Shown here in pieces: positions 35,395-49,013 of a stretch of DNA of 64,000 nucleotides. The stretch covers positions 179,740,001-179,804,000 of the forward strand of contig NC_058368.1 of assembly GCF_018350175.1 (NCBI RefSeq), written 5' to 3'. Position numbers and translations under genes: made by a program. The notes under the pieces are model-generated. The model searched no databases, was not told the DNA's origin, and saw only the letters and a program-made list of their open reading frames with translations. Numbering within the stretch: the first letter of the stretch is position 1; each line of letters starts with the position of its first letter. This stretch comes from Felis catus. Taxonomy: Eukaryota.

Positions 35395-38300
35395 CAGGAG
35401 TTTGGATTTCAGTATATCTTTTGGGGGGACATAATTTAACCCAAAACAGGGAGTAAATGGAAGAAGGGGAAAATTCCAGAGTGGAATAGCAATGGATTCA
35501 ATTAAGTCTTGGAAGCTAAATGAATATGAAAGTTAGAAGGAGAGGTGGCTACCTAGAAAGATTCCCACGTTTTTGGTTTACGTGATCAGGTGGAGTGTGG
35601 AGCCATTCATTATAATATAGACTGTATCAGACAGGGTTTAGAACACATGATCCCTGTTTTTCTTCTTCAGATATTTAGCCCATTATCCAATGTAATCTTA
35701 GTAGCCTAAAGGACATCCCTAGAGAGGAAGAAGTGGAAAAAATAAAAAAGAAGGTAACTGCATGAGTAAAGCAAGAGGGAATGTTACCTTTCTCAAAATT
35801 CAGACCAGAAGCTAAAATGGAAATCAAATTACTGAATTCAGTTGGTTTCTTAAAAACTAGAGCCACATACACAACCTGAGTATTCCTTCTGGAGGAAAAG
35901 GCAGAAGCCTGTTTTCCCAGTCTAATCTATTGACCCTTCATTCATTCGGGAGCCAAGCCGAAATCAATAGTGTCTTGTTTGGTCGGGAAACTTTAGGGAA
36001 GAGAAGCCAACTTTTAGCCCAGAGCTTACTTGAGAAGAGCATTCACATGCACAGGAAACAGCAGACTCTACAGGTGTAGCACCTTTTGCTTCGGCCCCAG
36101 TCATCCAGGATCTTGTTCTGACATGGTTCATCCGGCGCCTATTGCCAAGCCTCTTTGATGTCCAAACCAAACACAACCCGCGTTCCCATGGGCATCGGTG
36201 CCTTTTAGCATGTATACCTGGAGGTGGTGGTTCTGTGCAACAGCCATCTATGCTTTGAAACAGAGTGGGGCAGAGGTAGGTAGGTGATCCCCGTGAAAAG
36301 GCTGATTGAATCTGTAGACACCAGACAGAGATGATGATGCAGTATTTCAGCAGTGGTCTGAGAGGAAGCTTGGATGGTGTGGAATGAAATCTACCTTCCT
36401 TCTACTTAGAACCCGGTTCAATCTTGGAAGACCTCAACAGTGTGATGGCTTATTGGGACTGAGACATTGCCGGGTCAAGGCCAAAGAGGCTGTGACCTAC
36501 CACATTACACAGATTGTTGACAGAAGGGCTTACTGGCCTTCACACTCTGCATTCTTCTGGACATTTTCCCTCCCTCTTATTCTTCTGACACTTGGAAAGT
36601 CTTGTATGGCTTAGCTGTCCTTGACAAACTTTCTGTTGCCTAAGGCCGGGAAACCACCTCTGCTCTTAATCTGACCCAGCTAATTGGCCCTGAAGAAGTA
36701 AATTATGTAGAAAGAAGAGCTGTCTGCGACTCTTGCCACATATATCACCTAAGTATAAGATACACAAAGAGTGACCACAGCCTTCTTATAAATCTATTAT
36801 GGCCTTTTGACCTCTGAGCAATAATAAATAGTATTCTTGCAGGCTGTCCTGAAGATATGAAGACGTTTTGTTGAGAACATCTGGCATTCATTGACTCAGG
36901 AAAAGGAAGAAAAAAATCACAAGCCCTGGGACAGAATTTCATTTTCTTTTCATGTTGCCATGTGGGTGAAGGAGCCCTCTCTGTCTTTAAGCAAATGTGT
37001 GTGGGGGGATAAGGGGGGGGAAGGTTGGTGGTGGTATGTGAGCTCCCTTTCAAGTTTTAAAGGGGGCATAAAAATGCACATGCATTTCTGTGAAGAAGTT
37101 CTCTGGCAGGGGGAGCATCTTTTTGAAGGGGGCTGGGGATGTCCGGTTATTGTAACTTGCTGTCAATATGTCTTCTTTCCTTCTGCTCCTGTGAAGTTTT
37201 CTCTGTGCTGCTCTCCAGGGAGACTTGGGTCACAGAGTATGGATTCTTTAGGTTTGTCAGGGGACACCAGAGTGTGCAAGCTTGAAATGGACAAGAACCC
37301 AGAAGGCTAGTATGCATGCTCCCTCTCTTTGTCTCTACCTCCTTCCCTCTGTCTCTCTCTCTGTGTCTCTCCAGTTCTGTAGAATAACCTGGCTCTTCAG
37401 CTCAAAACCAACAAATTTAGATTCCCCTTGGAATGCAGTGGAAGTTCACTTCTGAAGCCTGGATTTGCCTCTTTTCCCACCGGATAAGCATATGCTCTCC
37501 TTCCCCCACACAAAAGTTGGCCTCTCTTTGATCAGTGAGTTTAAATCAGAATAGCTCTTAGGTAGCCAAAGTGGCTTAAAATGTTAGCAAACAGTGGGAT
37601 CCCTTTTAATTTTTAAAGGGAACTCTAATTCTACCCTTTATGACTTGCTTAATTATCCTGGGCCCCTGAACAGCTGTCTATTGATTCCAATTAACATGAT
37701 TGACATCTCCTCTGGAAGGTAAAAGCTAATCAACTACAGGGTCCCCCACTGAGAATTCATTTCCTTCTTGGAGTCACTCCTGGGCAAGAGGAAACTTAAA
37801 TAGAGAATTGAGATTCGGCACCCACAGCTCTGATTTACTCTTTTATATACAGTCCCACAGTGTCTTGTGCAGGAAAAAAAAAGGCTAGAAATAAAAAACA
37901 AAAAATGGCAATTTATTTTTGAATCAAACTAGTGTTAATTCTGTTGGCTTTCCTTTTCCTCCTTTTCTATTTTTTATGAATCTAAATTGATCCCTTGGAT
38001 TTTGATTTCCTTTTCCTTTTGAGTTCTTAAGGACCCACAAAATCTACTCTTGATTACTTCTGACAAGTTCATAAGTTGATATGAATTTTCTGGTACAGTC
38101 AGGTCTCTGTTTTCCATCTTTTAGATGGAGATCTTGATGGTTTTCTAGTGATATTCTCAGATTAAAAACAAAAAGCAAATAAGAGAGAGGTTATGTTAGA
38201 TAACGAATCAGGCTCTATAAAGATAGCAGAGGGCTGGAATGATGTTGAACCCAAATATGAAACATAAAATAAGTAAAGCCAACAAATTCATTCAACACGT

Positions 38301-38589
38301 ATTTCTGCCTATTATGTGCCAGGCACATGGAAGCTCCTAGAAGGGGTGGGTGTGATCTGGCCATGATACCTGTGGCATCCGCTTCCCTCCATGTGTATTC
38401 CTTCTTGTCAGAAAGGAAATCTGAGTGTTAACAGTTGGCAGCAAGCTCAATATGAACAGTATTATATGGTTGCAAAAAAAAAAAAAAAGGTGCCATTATG
38501 GGCCTCAGAGTACCCAGTTCAAAGGGGGGCAGTGGTTAGGCAAATCCTCACATTGATTGGCATTTTATTTGGCTATAAATTTCATTAGA

Positions 38590-38690
38590 GCAGACACAGT
38601 GTTGGTCTGGCTGATCACTGCATTCCAATAGCCTAGCACAGTGCTTGGCATGTCACAGATACTGAATGGAGATTTGTTGAATGAATGAAT
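38590..38690 (+). mobile_element. L2 3' end
   Basis: gcctagcacagtgcttggcatgtcacagatactgaatggagatttgttgaatgaatgaat. Confidence 0.8.
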
Positions 38691-40469
38691 TCTCTGGGCA
38701 CAGACCCAATAATTTCAAAGAAATGTGGGCCAACTTTGTGCTCAGAAAGCTGGGTAGAGAGAATGATTATTGGATGGAGAGATGGACAGGCGGATGGATA
38801 GATTAGATAAGGTGAGATTAGAGAAAAACGAGATGAGATTTTGTTTTGGACAAAGTATGTAGGATAACTGACAATGCTCAGTGTTGACTCTGAAGAAAGA
38901 GGTGGTGGACTGAGGATTTGTACATAAGAAGACCTAGCGTTGCATCCCTAACTGTTGAGTGCCCCTCGTTCAGTTGGGTTGGGCAATCAGCGAGAAGAAT
39001 GGCACAAGAACCCTTGACAGCAAGCAGCATGGTCCAGCAAACCCAGGTCAGCCACTATGTTAATTTCACTCTACTGACTGGAGAAAATACTCTCCTGACA
39101 CACCCCTTCTTTTTTTTCTGTCATTCTGGAGCCATGTCATTTACTCGAAGGAGAAATGGGGAGGAAGGAAGACAGCCAAGAAAGAATAAATGGCTCGACT
39201 ATGCTGGGAAACCAGTGTCCAAGTCTGACTTTGCAGGCTGCTACCTCCCTGGTGCAGATGAAACAATTGTGGCAGTATTTCTTGACCAAAGTGGAACCAA
39301 CAACAACAAATAAAAACAATACCACAAACCCACCCTGGGAGCTGCAGAACACTTTGATTTTGTTTCTTGTTCACCCGTTTCCGAATGTAGGTTGTGTCTA
39401 ACAGATTAAAGTGTGTTGGCTATCATTTGTCAACCCCAAATGCCAGTTTCTGGGTCTTAATGTCACTTCCTTTTACCACTACAATAAATCTTCAGACAGT
39501 GAGAAATTTCCTAGCTTCCTGCAAGGAGTCCAGAGCCCTAGACCAGACGTCCTAGAGGGAAGCAAGTACTTCTGATGCTTCCATTTAAAGCACTTTGTAT
39601 AATTTTGCTCCTTATATTTGATTTCATACTTTTTTGTATATTGGGGCCAATATATTTTTTCCTAACATTTTCCAAACACTTGCCTATACCTTGAGAAAGC
39701 TTCTGTGATGAAGGCGTTGACAAACACGTAAAATGACTTCACCTGCCATAGTGTCCCCACTGGCTCCTGACAGGCAGTTGGCTTCATAAGACACCTGCCT
39801 GACTGTCATCTCTGTTGAAGCTGAGTTTTCAGTCATCCACTGAAGGTCTAGCTCTATGCTGGTCACAATGTCCTTTGACTCCCAAGGGCCCCAAGCTCTG
39901 GCCTGTTCTTTTCTCAGTCTAATCTGGAACTCCACATTTTAAGAACAGTATCTTAATTAAGTGGAGGACTTTTTTCTCAGCAGCTGAACCAATGGGGCAA
40001 GGGAGCTGGGTTTCCCTTTCCAGATTGTTATTCCTTCCAGAGGAATCCCATGCCACCTGCAGAGATGAGGTAGAGGCGGTCACTATAACAACTGAAAATG
40101 GCTATTATTGTCTGAAGCAAAAATGTTATGGCATTTAATGTGCATTACTGTTATTCGGATCTGGAACTCAGAACTTGGATCTGACTTTGCTTTTTATACT
40201 CAAAGACTCAAAAGTACAAGCAATTTTGAGTCCTTGGCAGCAACACTGGAGGAAGTCTGTAGGCAAGCTAAATAACTCTTGCTTCAAACAACCATATCTG
40301 TGGTGATGTTTGAATTCTGATAAGTTTGGGTAAGAAAATCTCTCTCCTTTTCATTGTCTCACCTCATCTGTCACCCCAGCTGGACTACCAGCTTCACCAG
40401 GGCAGAGAATTTTACAGCTTGAAGAGATGTAGTCAGTAAAAGATCACTAAGGACAGTAATACAGAATAA

Positions 40470-40710
40470 TAATAAAAATTGTCATTCATTGAATGCTTAC
40501 CAAATGCCTGGTTCTGTTATGGAAACGTCTTGTACCTTATCATGTTGGTCAAAGGTTAAGGCAATCCATAAACCAGCTGATGATTCTGTTTAAGAATAAG
40601 GAAACTGAGGCTTTGAGAGGTTAAGGGAGCTGTCTGAGAGACCACCATGGACAGAGTGTGAATATTCAAACCTTGTCTGCTGCAAAAAGCCTGTGCTTTG
40701 AGTCCTCTCA
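40470..40710 (-). mobile_element. MIR
   Basis: cattcattgaatgcttaccaaatgcctgg..ataaggaaactgaggctttgagaggttaagggagctgtctgag..ttcaaacc. Confidence 0.75.
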
Positions 40711-40849
40711 GCTTCTCCTTTCTGGCTTGAGTTTCATTCAAGGGTCATTGAAAAAACAAAAATGAATTTTGGAGGCAATATGCAGATGTTAAGAGCAGTG
40801 AATTTGACTTTTGTTCCATTTTTTTTCCTTCTTTCCTTTCTTCCTTACA

Positions 40850-41560
40850 AAACCACTTACTAGACATTGTGCTAAGCTGACTATAACTTGGCCCTGCTCT
40901 CAAGTCACTGGTCACTTAGAGCATGTGACAACATGTGACAGCACAATGTGTGCTTGTGGCAGAATGGGCTGAGGACCTTCACGGAACCACCCCACATTTG
41001 CTATAGCACAGGGGAAATAGCAACCATGGAACGGGGGCAGATAGTAAGTATCCCCACACAGAAGGAGACAGCATTGTATGGGAAGGCCTAGAAGCAGGAA
41101 AACTCACAACATATTCAGAGAGAGACAACAAATCCGGGGGAACGTGGTCAGACCGAATGGATTGAAGGAGCTATCATGGAAGATGATGGTCATAAGACTA
41201 AATGGAAAGGCAATTCAGAGCCATACTGTGGAGACCTTTGGAGGATGCTAGAGGCAAGAGACCCCAATAAAGATGGTTGCCAGTGGTGTTAGGACAGAAG
41301 ATATCCAAGATGAGGTAAGGGGTTGTATTCAAAGGATATTTCGGTTGTAAAACCCATAGGGCTTCGAGACATATTTGTAAAGGGGGAGAGGGGTATAGGG
41401 GAAAATGAATCTGAGGGTTTCAGCTAAAGCAAGAGGGTGGTTGGGGGCATTATCAACCAGTATGAGGATGAAGAAGTGGCTTGAGGTGGTGGCCAGGGAG
41501 TCATCATGAGTGCAGTTTTGGACATGTTGAGTCTGAGATGCCTGCAGGACATCCAGGTAG
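40850..41560 (-). mobile_element. Degraded L2
   Basis: tcatgagtgcagttttggacatgttgagtctgagatgcctgcaggacatccaggtagaga is typical antisense L2. Confidence 0.65.
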
Positions 41561-42614
41561 AGAAGGTTTTTTTGTTTTGGCTTTTGTTTTTGTTTTGCAG
41601 TCTACAAATAGAACTAGAATCCTCCTTAAAGAAGTGAAGTTGCCAGTAAAAATAATGTCAGCATGAATGTGTCTTGACTGTGGCTGGGGTAGACCCCCTG
41701 TGGCAAAGCCCGGAATATAGAAAGCAAATGGTGTTTTTGGCAGTCAGGGACAGGCACCCAGCTGCTAAGTAGGGGTTTAGGCCTGGAGAGGGGGCCAGAG
41801 GGTTGAGGAAGGATGGAGAAGAGGAGGGGGGCCAGCGAATTATCTCTAAGAAGAAATCACTTTTGTTTTTAATTTTGCACACATGGGGCTCATAATACTT
41901 GCAAGAACAGGGCTTAGTGATGGAGAGAGATGGAAAGATAAGAATGAGCCTCCCTTCCCGAGAGGCTGGGGGGCACTGTTGTTTTCTGCTGGACAGATTC
42001 CGGTGCTCACAAGAACGGATTTTTGGTAAAGAGGGAGAAGAAGGTGATTCCCAGCCCTCTCATGGCTTTCTTCATGCTTTCTTAAATGTGCAGTCCACCT
42101 CTCACTCCTGCTCTGCCCAAAGTATACCCGGGAGATTGTGGGTCTGGAGAAGTTTCAAATATACAAAAGAGTATTTCTCTCTGGTGTGCCTTATTTTTAC
42201 TTACTTACCTAGTTACTTTAAAGCAGTGTCAAAGGGAACCAGTATCTTCTGCAGTGTATCGGATTCTGGGAGCCTCACCTCCCTTCTTGTATTAATTTAA
42301 GAATGTTTCATTTCTGCAAAAATGGTGCTGTGATCTTTGCTTTTCTATGCATGCCTTTCATCTGGCGCTCACAATGTGCTGTACAGATGTTCCACTGCCA
42401 GACCCGGGTGCCCCCTAATTTGCTTTGAGATCCCTGGCTAGTTACAGTCCCTCTAGGCAATACCTTTACCTGTAACTAAGTGCACAAACAGGACACCTTA
42501 GTGGGGGAAGGGATCTCCCTCCACATACTACTTTCTACTGCTTTCCTTTGCCCATCAAACTCTTCCCATACTCTGCCTTCTCTGTTTAGGCTATACAGCT
42601 CCCTCTCAAGTTAT

Positions 42615-42875
42615 GTTCATTCGTTAATTCAGTATGTCTGTATTGAGTGACATACTAAGTACTGTACTTGTGTCCCTTGGGATACAGCCATGGACAAACA
42701 CAGTCAATCCCTGCACCTAGGAGCTAATAGTATAGTGGGGGAGATGATAGAAAAGTGAGCATAAACTTACGATCTGGTTTATAGATGCTAAGGTGGGGGC
42801 AATTGCAGGGTGCTATGGGATCACAGAATATGGGCCCCTCACCCTGGTGAAGCAGAAAATGCTTCCTATAGGAAG
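42615..42875 (-). mobile_element. L2 3' fragment
   Basis: ttcattcgttaattcagtatgtctgtattgagtg..gggatacagccatggacaaaca..ccctgcacctaggagctaatagtatagtggggga. Confidence 0.75.
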
Positions 42876-43061
42876 TTAAGACCTGGCTTGCTATTGTCTG
42901 GATCCTGAATACTGTATCTACTATTTACAAGTTGTGTTACTTTAGGCAAATCACTTAATACCTCTGTGCCTTTACAATATGATAATGAATTTAAAACAGT
43001 AAATACCTAGCACATGGTAAATGTTTAATGAATACACTTCATTCACTCCATTCATTCATTC

Positions 43062-43118
43062 ACTCCTTCAATCAGTAAGTACTCCTTTATTCAGTAAATA
43101 CTCCTTCATTCAGTGGAT
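43062..43118 (+). repeat. 3 x 19-bp tandem repeat at an L2 tail
   Basis: actccttcaatcagtaagt / actcctttattcagtaaat / actccttcattcagtggat. Confidence 0.85.
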
Positions 43119-44047
43119 ATAGGCCACTGAGTACCTACTGTGTGCTAGGCAATGTTCTTGAAGGTGTGGAGAGGTGTGCCCAGGTCTTGGAAAATCAGTT
43201 CTTCTAGGAAGTAGGTACTTCCTTTCAGCCCATTTTATTCTACATAGACTGTATTTGGAGAAAGTCTTAGAAGGTATATTAATGGACGTTCTCTTTTGCT
43301 GCCTGTCAGGTGGCAGTCAAGAGGCCTTTCCTAGGGGTGAGGGAAAGCCCAGGCAGTGGGGAAGTATCAAGTGTTGCTGTGCCCAGCTTCCACATTTCAG
43401 GTCCTCAGCAATTCTACAGCTCCACTGGCTCCAGCCTACAGGAGTCCCCTTCTCCGGAGACTACCTGGCTCTCGACCCCCATCTCAAATTTAGGTCTACT
43501 TAGCATGACAAGGCACATAGGAATACATTCTCATCTTTTGCTGCTGTCAGAAATAGTCTGAAACCCAAATCTGTTGCCTTAAAGTTACCAACACCCACTG
43601 TGGCCGAATACTTGAAATTCTTGGAAATAAAATGCACTGCCCTCAGGGGCTCTTCCTCAGGGAGAACCTGACCATCGCATTCAGATGCAGCTGCTTCAGA
43701 CCCCTCACATGGAGGAGGACACTGTAAACCAGTGCTGCCCTGAGACCTTAGCGTGACCCAGCATCTCTGCGGCTGCCTTGCTCGAGAGCAGCTCTGAACC
43801 GTGGAGGGGTCCTCCCCATGCTACGATGGATAGGGACTGACTCTCCAGAGAAGATAAACATGGTATAGAGCTAAGGAAGCCTATACTTAGTGCCATTGTG
43901 ATGTTCCAAAAATGCAGCAGTAACTAGTCTCCTTTTCTGGAAAGTCCAGAACACAGAGCTGGTTCTTCAGCCCCACTGAATTGAAAGACTGTAAAGCACC
44001 ACTGTTGGGGGCCCTTCTTTTTCCAGAAAACCTTTGCCCTGTTTTTC

Positions 44048-44772
44048 CCCTTGAGATATAATTCAAAGAACATAATATTCACCATCTTAAAATATATAAT
44101 TCAATTTTTAGTATATTTACACTATTGTATAACTGTGACCACTATCTAATCCCATAGCATTTCCATCACCCCTAAAAACAACCTGCTATACATTAGCAGT
44201 CTCTTTCCCTCCCTCGCAGCAGCCCTGGCCACCACTAATCTACTTTTTGTCCCTATGGATTTGCCTTTTCTGGACATTCCATATAAATGGAATCACTCAC
44301 TGTGTACCCTTTTATGTCTAACTTCTTTTGCCTAGCGTAATGTTGCCAAGATTCATTCATCTGTAAACATGTAACAGTACTGCGTTCCTTTTTTATGGCT
44401 GGGTAATATTCCATTATTTGGGTAGATTGTGTTTTGTTTTTCCAGCAATCAGCTGATGGGCATTTGCATGGTTTCTACCTTTTGGCTATATGATAATGCT
44501 GCCAATGAACATTCACGTGTAAGTTTTTGTGTGGGTGTATGTTTTTAACTCTCATGGGTATGTACTCAGGAATTACTAGGCTGTATATGTTAATTCTGCG
44601 TTTAACTTTTTGAGGAACTTCAAAACTGTCTTCTACAGTGGCTTGTCATTCATATTCATACCAACAATGTATGAGAGTTCCACTGTCTCCACGTCTTTTT
44701 CAACGTTTATTATTGTCCTTTTTTTCTTTAAGTGTAGCCATTCTACTGCCTACTGGATATGAAGTGGTGTCT
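44048..44772 (-). mobile_element. L1MB-like 3' end
   Basis: ttgagatataattca..catttccatcacccc..ccactaatctacttt..ctatggatttgcc..catataaatggaatca..taactttttgaggaact..ccaacaatgtatgagagttcca. Confidence 0.9.
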
Positions 44773-45594
44773 TTTCTTATCCATGCTAATTTGGTCATTC
44801 TAAGCTTTTTCTACTTCTCTCTACCCATAGCTATCCTATCAAAGATCCGAATTTTTCCTAGAACAAAAAGAAAGATGATGGACAACTTACAGTGTGTTGT
44901 ATCTCTCATAGTTACATCATGCTTAATGTTAACCTGGCCAGAATCTGCATAATCCCAATCTTGAGCCCCCAGTACACATGCCTTCCAAAGACCAAGCTCT
45001 CTTTTACTCCTGTCCTTTGCTAATTTTAAGACCTGAATTTGATAAACCAGAGATAGCTACTCCTCATTAAATCAGCCACCTTTTCCTCTCTGGGCACGTA
45101 GAGGGAGGAAAGAAGGAATGCATTGTTTTCACATGCTTCTCTTTGTTTCTAAACCAAAGGGTTAATGAAATACACAGCTTTGGTTTGGAAGAAATTAAAA
45201 GCTAAGCATAATCATATCAAGGCTTACTATTCAAGACTTTGTGTTTGAACATAACACCAGCTCAAACGTAGCCAGTGTAAAGTGTCTTCAAAAGAGAATT
45301 TAATATGCATATTATCAAGTTACACTAAACCAACTTCAGGGAACAGAGTATTTTCATGGAATTTAGTTGTGTGTTCCTGTTACCTCTCTGTGTTGGGGTT
45401 ATGACTTATAAATTGTTCTTATCATTAAAGTAAGTCCTGAAGGATCTCCAGCAACCAGGAAAATCACCAACTCATTGTGTATACTCATAGGTAATCTGTG
45501 CATATTTTATAACTCAAACTTTTCTAGTAAACTTAAGTAGTCATGTGTGTCAACCAGCCCATGTTAATGGGGTTTTGGTTCAGTCTGATTCCTA

Positions 45595-45790
45595 TCAGGA
45601 TAGTGAAAAGCAAAGCAAAACAGACTTTAGTTTCAATCCCGGGTCTGCTGTGGCTATATGACCTTGGGCAAGTCACTTTTCTCTAGTATAAAAGGAGATT
45701 CCGATATATAGGTTACAGGGCTGTTTTGAGAAGTAAATGAGATTACTTATGTAAAGTGTCAGCCCAGAGACAGTCACATAAGTATCAAGA
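45595..45790 (+). mobile_element. MIR
   Basis: ttcaatcccgggtctgc..tgaccttgggcaagtcactt..gttttgagaagtaaatgaga..tgtaaagtg. Confidence 0.8.
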
Positions 45791-47419
45791 CACTGAGTAG
45801 AAGGAAGCCTTTAGTAGCAGTACATTTAAATAGTACGTGTATTCCAGAAATGGTACAAGTAAACACCTTTTTATTTTTGTTTTGTGGACAATGAAACATA
45901 TTAACTAGATTAGGAAACTGATTTTTAAGGCACACCATGGTGAGTCCTCCCTTGTACATGGATGAATCACTTTGGGTTTTATCAGGTTTATATACATTTT
46001 ATTTTTTTAATACCAGGATTTGGTATTAAATCTCCTGCCTCTGATTGAAAAAATATCACCGTATGATTCTCATGTTGTCAAATGCTGGTGTGGCAAACAA
46101 ACATCCCACCCCACCCTCGATGTAAGCAGATTGTGTGTGAGAGCCCAGGGTCTATGGACTGAAGGAGGTACTGGCTCCTGGGAGAAAAAGACCAGTTTCA
46201 CTAATCTCATTCTCCATTGGGCTTTTAAGGGAGATCTTACAAAGATGTTTTGGTTAAAATGAAAGCAAAGTGCTCAAACCATAATAAGGATCTCAATTAC
46301 AACCCTGGGAGAGCAGATGGGCACCCGATTGATAGAGAGGACCCTTTTAGCACATCTGTCTTTGATAACTTCTAACACAGAGAGTGGCGCCTTTGAAATT
46401 AATCGGTAACTCCAAAGCAGTGTTTTTATTAATGTGACTGAGAACCTTTTGTTATGTGGAACAGTCCTTACTGGTGCTGACTTTGAGGACTGAATTAATT
46501 TTTCATGAGTTCATAGTGCTTTGGGCTACCATTCCAGCCTCTCCTAGTTTCTGAGGATTTTTTTAGTATATAGTGTGATTTGTTTTAAGCATCTCCATAT
46601 GAAGGTATTTGAGGGGCTCTATTTTGTCCTTGGTCACTGTCTGGAGGAATGATTCTGGAGTTTGAAAATTCCCCAGTAGGCCCTGTAAAGTGGTCTATCT
46701 CACTTTGCTACCAAATATTCTTCCTCCATCTTCCGTTTTTCTTGTATATGCCATGTACCAGCAATGTACACACAGCCATTGAATCAAAAAGGCAAGTGGG
46801 AGAGGCAAGCTTCCCTCTTGGAGAAAAGTGCCTTCTTTGGAACTGCAAGATTTGAATAAGGGATGAGATCCATTGCTTACTTTTTCCTTTTCATCCCAGA
46901 AGGATTATTAAGACTCTTTAGCAGCCCCTTGGGTTCCTAAGAGGTTATGTCCTCATAAGTCTGGTTGCTGGAAATGAGGGTCTCATCTAATAGATGTAGA
47001 AAGCACTTACTTTATTGTTAGCCTATTTTAGAAAGCAAGCTCCGCCTCCTCATTTTCAAAGTATCTTCCAAATACTCTACTCCACACAGATTGCCCCCAT
47101 TCTCTGAAGTCCTACAGCAGCCATACTGTCTGCAACATTAGGTATAGCATTTCATCATCCATAGCCATTCATCAAGTAATATATATTCATGGCATGAAAA
47201 AAATAGAAACTATCTTTTTGCCTGCCTTTCTTTCCCAACATTTTATAAATATGTCATATTTCACCAACTTGTAAGCGCAAGAATTGAAGCATGCCTAAGA
47301 AGGAAGGAAAGTAGGAAGGGAAGGAGGGTAGGCCCATAGTAGTTCTGTAGTTTAGAAGACTTGATCTAAGTGCTGAGGCCACTGCAAGTGTAATGAATAA
47401 GGAAAAAAAAAAGCCTTCC

Positions 47420-47676
47420 CTGTGTATCTTCCTGAGTCTGAGGTAGACATCACTCCTATGTATCTCCACAGTATCTGGTACTTGGTTCCTTCTAGCATTG
47501 CTCACGCTCAGTTGTTATTACCCGTGTGCATGTCTGTCACCCCCAATATTCTGTGTTCCCTAAGAACAAGGAACTTATTCTATGTCTGTCTTGTTTGAAG
47601 ATCATGCCTAGTGCTGGGCACACAGCCTACACCCAGCTCAGTAAATGTTGAATGAATGAATAAATGAGTAAATGAA
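47420..47676 (+). mobile_element. L2 3' end
   Basis: catgcctagtgctgggcacacag..ctcagtaaatgttgaatgaatgaataaatgagtaaatgaa. Confidence 0.7.
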
Positions 47677-49013
47677 CGGAAGTGCCATGTAAATTAGTTG
47701 GGGCTTCTTCTCAAAAGAAATGATACTGAAAAATATGTACATAGCCAAGATATTTAGAATTGATTCTAAGAATGATGCAGTACTTCTGTAATTTAGTTTG
47801 GGCATAATGGTACCAGGAATCATGGGAAGAGTGACAAATATTGGAATATTGGTCCAGTAAAGAAACTGTGGGCAGCTGAAGGTTTTGTACCCTTTTTCAT
47901 GTTGTATTGACAGTACATCTGTTAATCACCATCTCCATCAGTTTAGGAGCCTCACATTAATGCACCATCCTTTGCAGAGGTGGGGAGTAGGAGAAAGGAG
48001 CCAGCTGTAAGAAAGATTTCCATCCTCTGAGGATAGTAACTAAGCAGCAAAGGTAGGATGCCTATTGGTGGGATTCTTCAGGTCATAATGTATGCACAAG
48101 ACCTCTTTTTCCCCCCTTTATTAAGGGATAATTGATTGAGGTCAGAAGTTTTTGAGAGTCCTGGGAGATTTTTAATCCAGTGCCATCATGCAAAGCTTAC
48201 TACATCAATAAGACGGTTCCGTAGGGGGATAGAGGAGTAATTGAGATGCCACACCAGCTGGAATCCAGATGAAGATACATTTGGAAGCTTAATCACAATC
48301 ATGTTCTACACTAAATATTCATCCGTCTGTCTCCCAAAGAGGACAGGAAATTAAGTTGTCAAGGGCAGGGGGGATGAGGGTTTAGCTGAAAGAAGAAACC
48401 CACACCTCAGCCTTAATCTCTAAATATGCAAGACTGTCTTCAGTGGTTGAAGCAAAATCCTCTTCTTTCCAGTTTTATTTTCTGAGAAATATTTGAGCTG
48501 TTTATACACAATTTATCAGCTTTACAGTTACCAAAATGGACTGTTAAGATAGCTCAGGCTTCTCGCTGTGGGATAAATACAGATGAACAGTGCCATCTCA
48601 ATAGAAAAATGCTTTTACTGAGCCAATATAGGAAAGTATTAAAGTTGTGTAAACACGCAAGGAGGAGCAGGGGAATTCCTAAACAGAGCTGACGGGCTGT
48701 GATTGCACATGCCATGAGGTTCTGTGTCCCAAAAGTTGGACCAAACCCTGCATGTAGTCAGTAGGAATTACGTCACATACTGTGAGTTTTCTTTCATTTC
48801 TTTTTTCTTTTTTTTTTTTTTATTTCCAAGTTAAACTCTTATGGTCCCTTCAAGGCATCTAAATTTCATTTCAAAGGGTGATTTGAAAAATGTGTGTTGC
48901 CACCATAAACTAGATGATAGTTTCCTTCACATTTTGGTCTGAGATTATGAATCAAACATTGGCTTGAATTAAAAGGGGCAGTGAAGCCCAGTGATATTAT
49001 CATGTGAGGAGGT

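Larger units (their letters stand above)
34427..35449. mobile_element. MLT1B/C-like LTR split by nested insertions (segments 34427-34845 and about 35395-35449)
   Basis: starts tgtaacagtttcctaaggctgctgtaacaaatgaccacaaactgg; breaks at cacattctatagaactgggg; resumes ggagtttggatttcagtatatcttttggggggacataatttaacccaaaaca. Confidence 0.85.
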
